NCBI GenBank assembly: GCA_964035545.1
Contig: CAXIUT010000150.1
Span: 1 to 11,250 of the forward strand
Length of the DNA stretch: 11,250 nt
Direction of reading: 5' to 3'
DNA from: Bugula neritina
Lineage: Eukaryota; Animalia; Bryozoa
Shown here: positions 9,302 to 11,250 of the stretch, one piece after another
How positions within the stretch are numbered: the stretch's first letter is position 1
How the letters are laid out: every line of letters starts with the position of its first letter
Translations under genes and position numbers: made by a program
The notes under the pieces: generated by a model
What the model saw: only the letters and a program-made list of their open reading frames with translations
Database searches by the model: none
What the model was told of the DNA's origin: nothing

Positions 9302-11102
9302 CTATTTGTGATTGAGGATCACTGTTTCGAGAATAATACTGTTACTAAATACCGGAAGGGTAATTTTTTGGGGAAGGGAGGATTTGCTCGATGCTATTAA
9401 CTTATTTCATAATAAACTAAATAAATCTATGCTGTTAAAATTATACAAAAATCAAGTCTAGTAAAACAAAGATCAAAACAAAAGGTATCTCTTCTAATAT
9501 TTAGCTGATGAGTGAGATTAAAATTCATTAAAGTCTCAATAATAAAAACGTGGTTAAATTTTTACATAATTTCTAAGACAACATCAACGTTTATATTGTA
9601 CTTGAACTTTGCACTAATAAGGTATTTCATAATTTATTTAGACTTTAAATGATATGATCAAGAGGAAGAGACGATTTAGTTAATCTGAAGCTAAGTATTT
9701 CATGCTGCAGGTATTGGATGCTTTGTAGTATTTGCATGGTCAGAAGATAGTGCATCGAGATCTTAAGTTGGGCAATATGTTTTTAGGTGATAATATGTGT
9801 GTTAAGTTGGGTGATTTTGGATTGGCTACTAAAATTGATTTTTATGGATAGAAAAAGAAAACTATCTGTGGGACGCCTAACTATATCGCTCCTTAAATTT
9901 TATAATCGAAAGGACATAGTTATTAAGTTGATATTTGGAGTTTTGGAGTTATTATCTTCACTTTGGTATATGGAAGACCTCCATTCGAGTCGAAATAGGT
10001 CAAAGATACCTACAAAAAGATAAAATAATGTTCTTTTTCGTTTCCTGATCAAGTGAATACATCGACTAGTTTGAAGAATCTAGTATCTAGTATTTTACAG
10101 AAAGATCCTCATAAGAGACCTACTCTAAGATAGCTAAAAAGTTTTGATTTCTTTACTGAAGTGAATTTGGTGAGACAGCCATCGATATCTTTCACTACTC
10201 AGCGATCGATGTCAGCCAACAAAGATGAACGATAGTTGTACATTTATATTTATTTAGAAGCGATAATGGTAAACTATATACCAATAATTAATTTGTATTT
10301 GTTATTTTATTCAGGGAACTAGTCGAGATATGTGCCAGAAGAGTCAGGATAAGTTTTTAGCGACTGAAAGAGCCAGTTCTGTCAATAGATCTACCACTCA
10401 AAATAAAGATATTGGTCGTGCTAGAAGTCAAAGAGTGTTAAAGGATAGTTGCAAAAGTAATTATGAAAAAACACCCAGAAAGATGGGATATTAGAATGAT
10501 ACAAATATAACAGTTAAAAAATGGATAGATTATTCTTCTAAGTATGGAATAGGATATGCTCTCAGTAATAATATGATTGGAGTATACTTCAATGACTCAA
10601 CTAAAATGCTTACCTTCACTTAATAGTTTTTCTACTATATCTAAAGGATAGATAAAGAAGATATCATCAAAAAGTATCCGTTTAAAGACCATCCTTTTGA
10701 GTTGAAGAAAAAGGTGAGTCTTTTCAATCATTTCAAAGGATACCTGCAAACTGAAGGATAAAACAAACTAGCATACCGAGGTAGAGATTTCGACTAAAAG
10801 AAATTGATCTATGTGAGAAGATGGTTCAGATCAAAGCATGCTGTAATATTCAGGTTGAATAACAAATCAGTTCAGGTTATATTTATTGATCAGAGCGAGT
10901 TGTTGATAAATTCAATAAGCAAGCAGCTGTTGTACACGAACAAGTACAAGTAGAAGAATGAGTATGGTTTATCTGAGATAATGCAGAGTGATAATCGGGA
11001 GTTAATTAAGAGGTATTATTGATGGTATGTAGATTTGAGTATACGAAGGAAGTGTTGAATTAGATGGCAAGTAATATATAGAGTAAGAAGTCAGCTAATT
11101 GA
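9302..11102 (+). CDS. PLK: Polo-like kinase, 5'-truncated (no ATG), 566 aa visible, five 20-nt introns
   Basis: Kinase motifs [71 protein letters not shown]. Polo-box motifs [15 protein letters not shown]...FNDSTKM and [23 protein letters not shown]. Introns at 9485-9504, 9622-9641, 10238-10257, 10295-10314, 11013-11032. TGA at 11100-11102. Confidence 0.97.
9485..9504 (+). other. Spliceosomal intron, 20 nt
   Basis: GTATCTCTTCTAATATTTAG; gives KQK^LMSEIKIH. Confidence 0.95.
9622..9641 (+). other. Spliceosomal intron, 20 nt
   Basis: GTATTTCATAATTTATTTAG; gives LELCTNK^TLNDMIKR. Confidence 0.95.
10238..10257 (+). other. Spliceosomal intron, 20 nt
   Basis: GTACATTTATATTTATTTAG; together with the next intron it keeps the kinase and polo-box domains in frame and flanks a 37-nt exon. 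Confidence 0.85.
10295..10314 (+). other. Spliceosomal intron, 20 nt
   Basis: GTATTTGTTATTTTATTCAG; restores the frame into the polo-box exon. Confidence 0.85.
11013..11032 (+). other. Spliceosomal intron, 20 nt
   Basis: GTATTATTGATGGTATGTAG; contains an in-frame TGA, and removal gives ELIKR^FEYTKEVL, a typical end of polo-box 2. Confidence 0.92.
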
Positions 11103-11173
11103 TATGGTTTTAATAAATTATTGATGATAGTTGATTCTATTGGTTTAATTATTCTTTATATCTATTGTAAAAT

Positions 11174-11250
11174 GGGGTTGGGGTTGGGGTTGGGGTTGGG
11201 GTTGGGGTTGGGGTTGGGGTTGGGGTTGGGGTTGGGGTTGGGGTTGGGGG
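11174..11250 (+). repeat. Terminal right telomere, (GGGGTT)n
   Basis: ~13 units running to the window end, starting ~70 bp after the PLK stop codon. Confidence 0.98.

Noticed and set aside
9787-10023. Provided + strand 78-aa ORF
   Set aside because: It is an out-of-frame overlap of the PLK kinase domain.
190-11102. Pseudogene cluster, or the standard ciliate Gln code
   Set aside because: In-frame TAA/TAG fall at conserved Glu positions, the motifs are intact, and conserved Gln sites use CAA/CAG.
5199-11250. CRISPR-like array or telomere-bearing transposon (TBE-like) reading of the G4T2 tracts
   Set aside because: The intervening DNA is kb-long housekeeping genes. There is no transposase, no terminal inverted repeat and no target-site duplication, and the tracts are direct rather than inverted.

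Overview
AT-rich ciliate macronuclear DNA, which the standard-code ORF track misses. TAA and TAG both encode Glu (peritrich-type code, NCBI table 30) and TGA is the only stop. The window opens with a C4A2 telomere (1-120) and has three G4T2 tracts, all G-rich on the + strand (5199-5274, 9228-9301, 11174-11250). These divide it into three segments. Segment 1 is a complete ~5.3-kb telomere-to-telomere minichromosome with four tightly packed genes (EED/ESC-like WD40 protein, a hypothetical, a MORN-repeat protein, a second hypothetical). Segment 2 has no left telomere and carries a hypothetical gene, a Rab6-like GTPase and a CAP/SCP protein. Segment 3 begins inside a Polo-like kinase gene. All nine GT-AG introns I could place are exactly 20 nt, with an invariant A six bases from the 3' end. 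A tenth, non-canonical AT-AG 20-nt candidate would repair the CAP gene frame. The head-to-tail joins are most simply explained as telomere-primed amplification chimeras, but this needs read-level testing. All translations were done by hand, and homology calls rest on remembered motifs rather than database searches.
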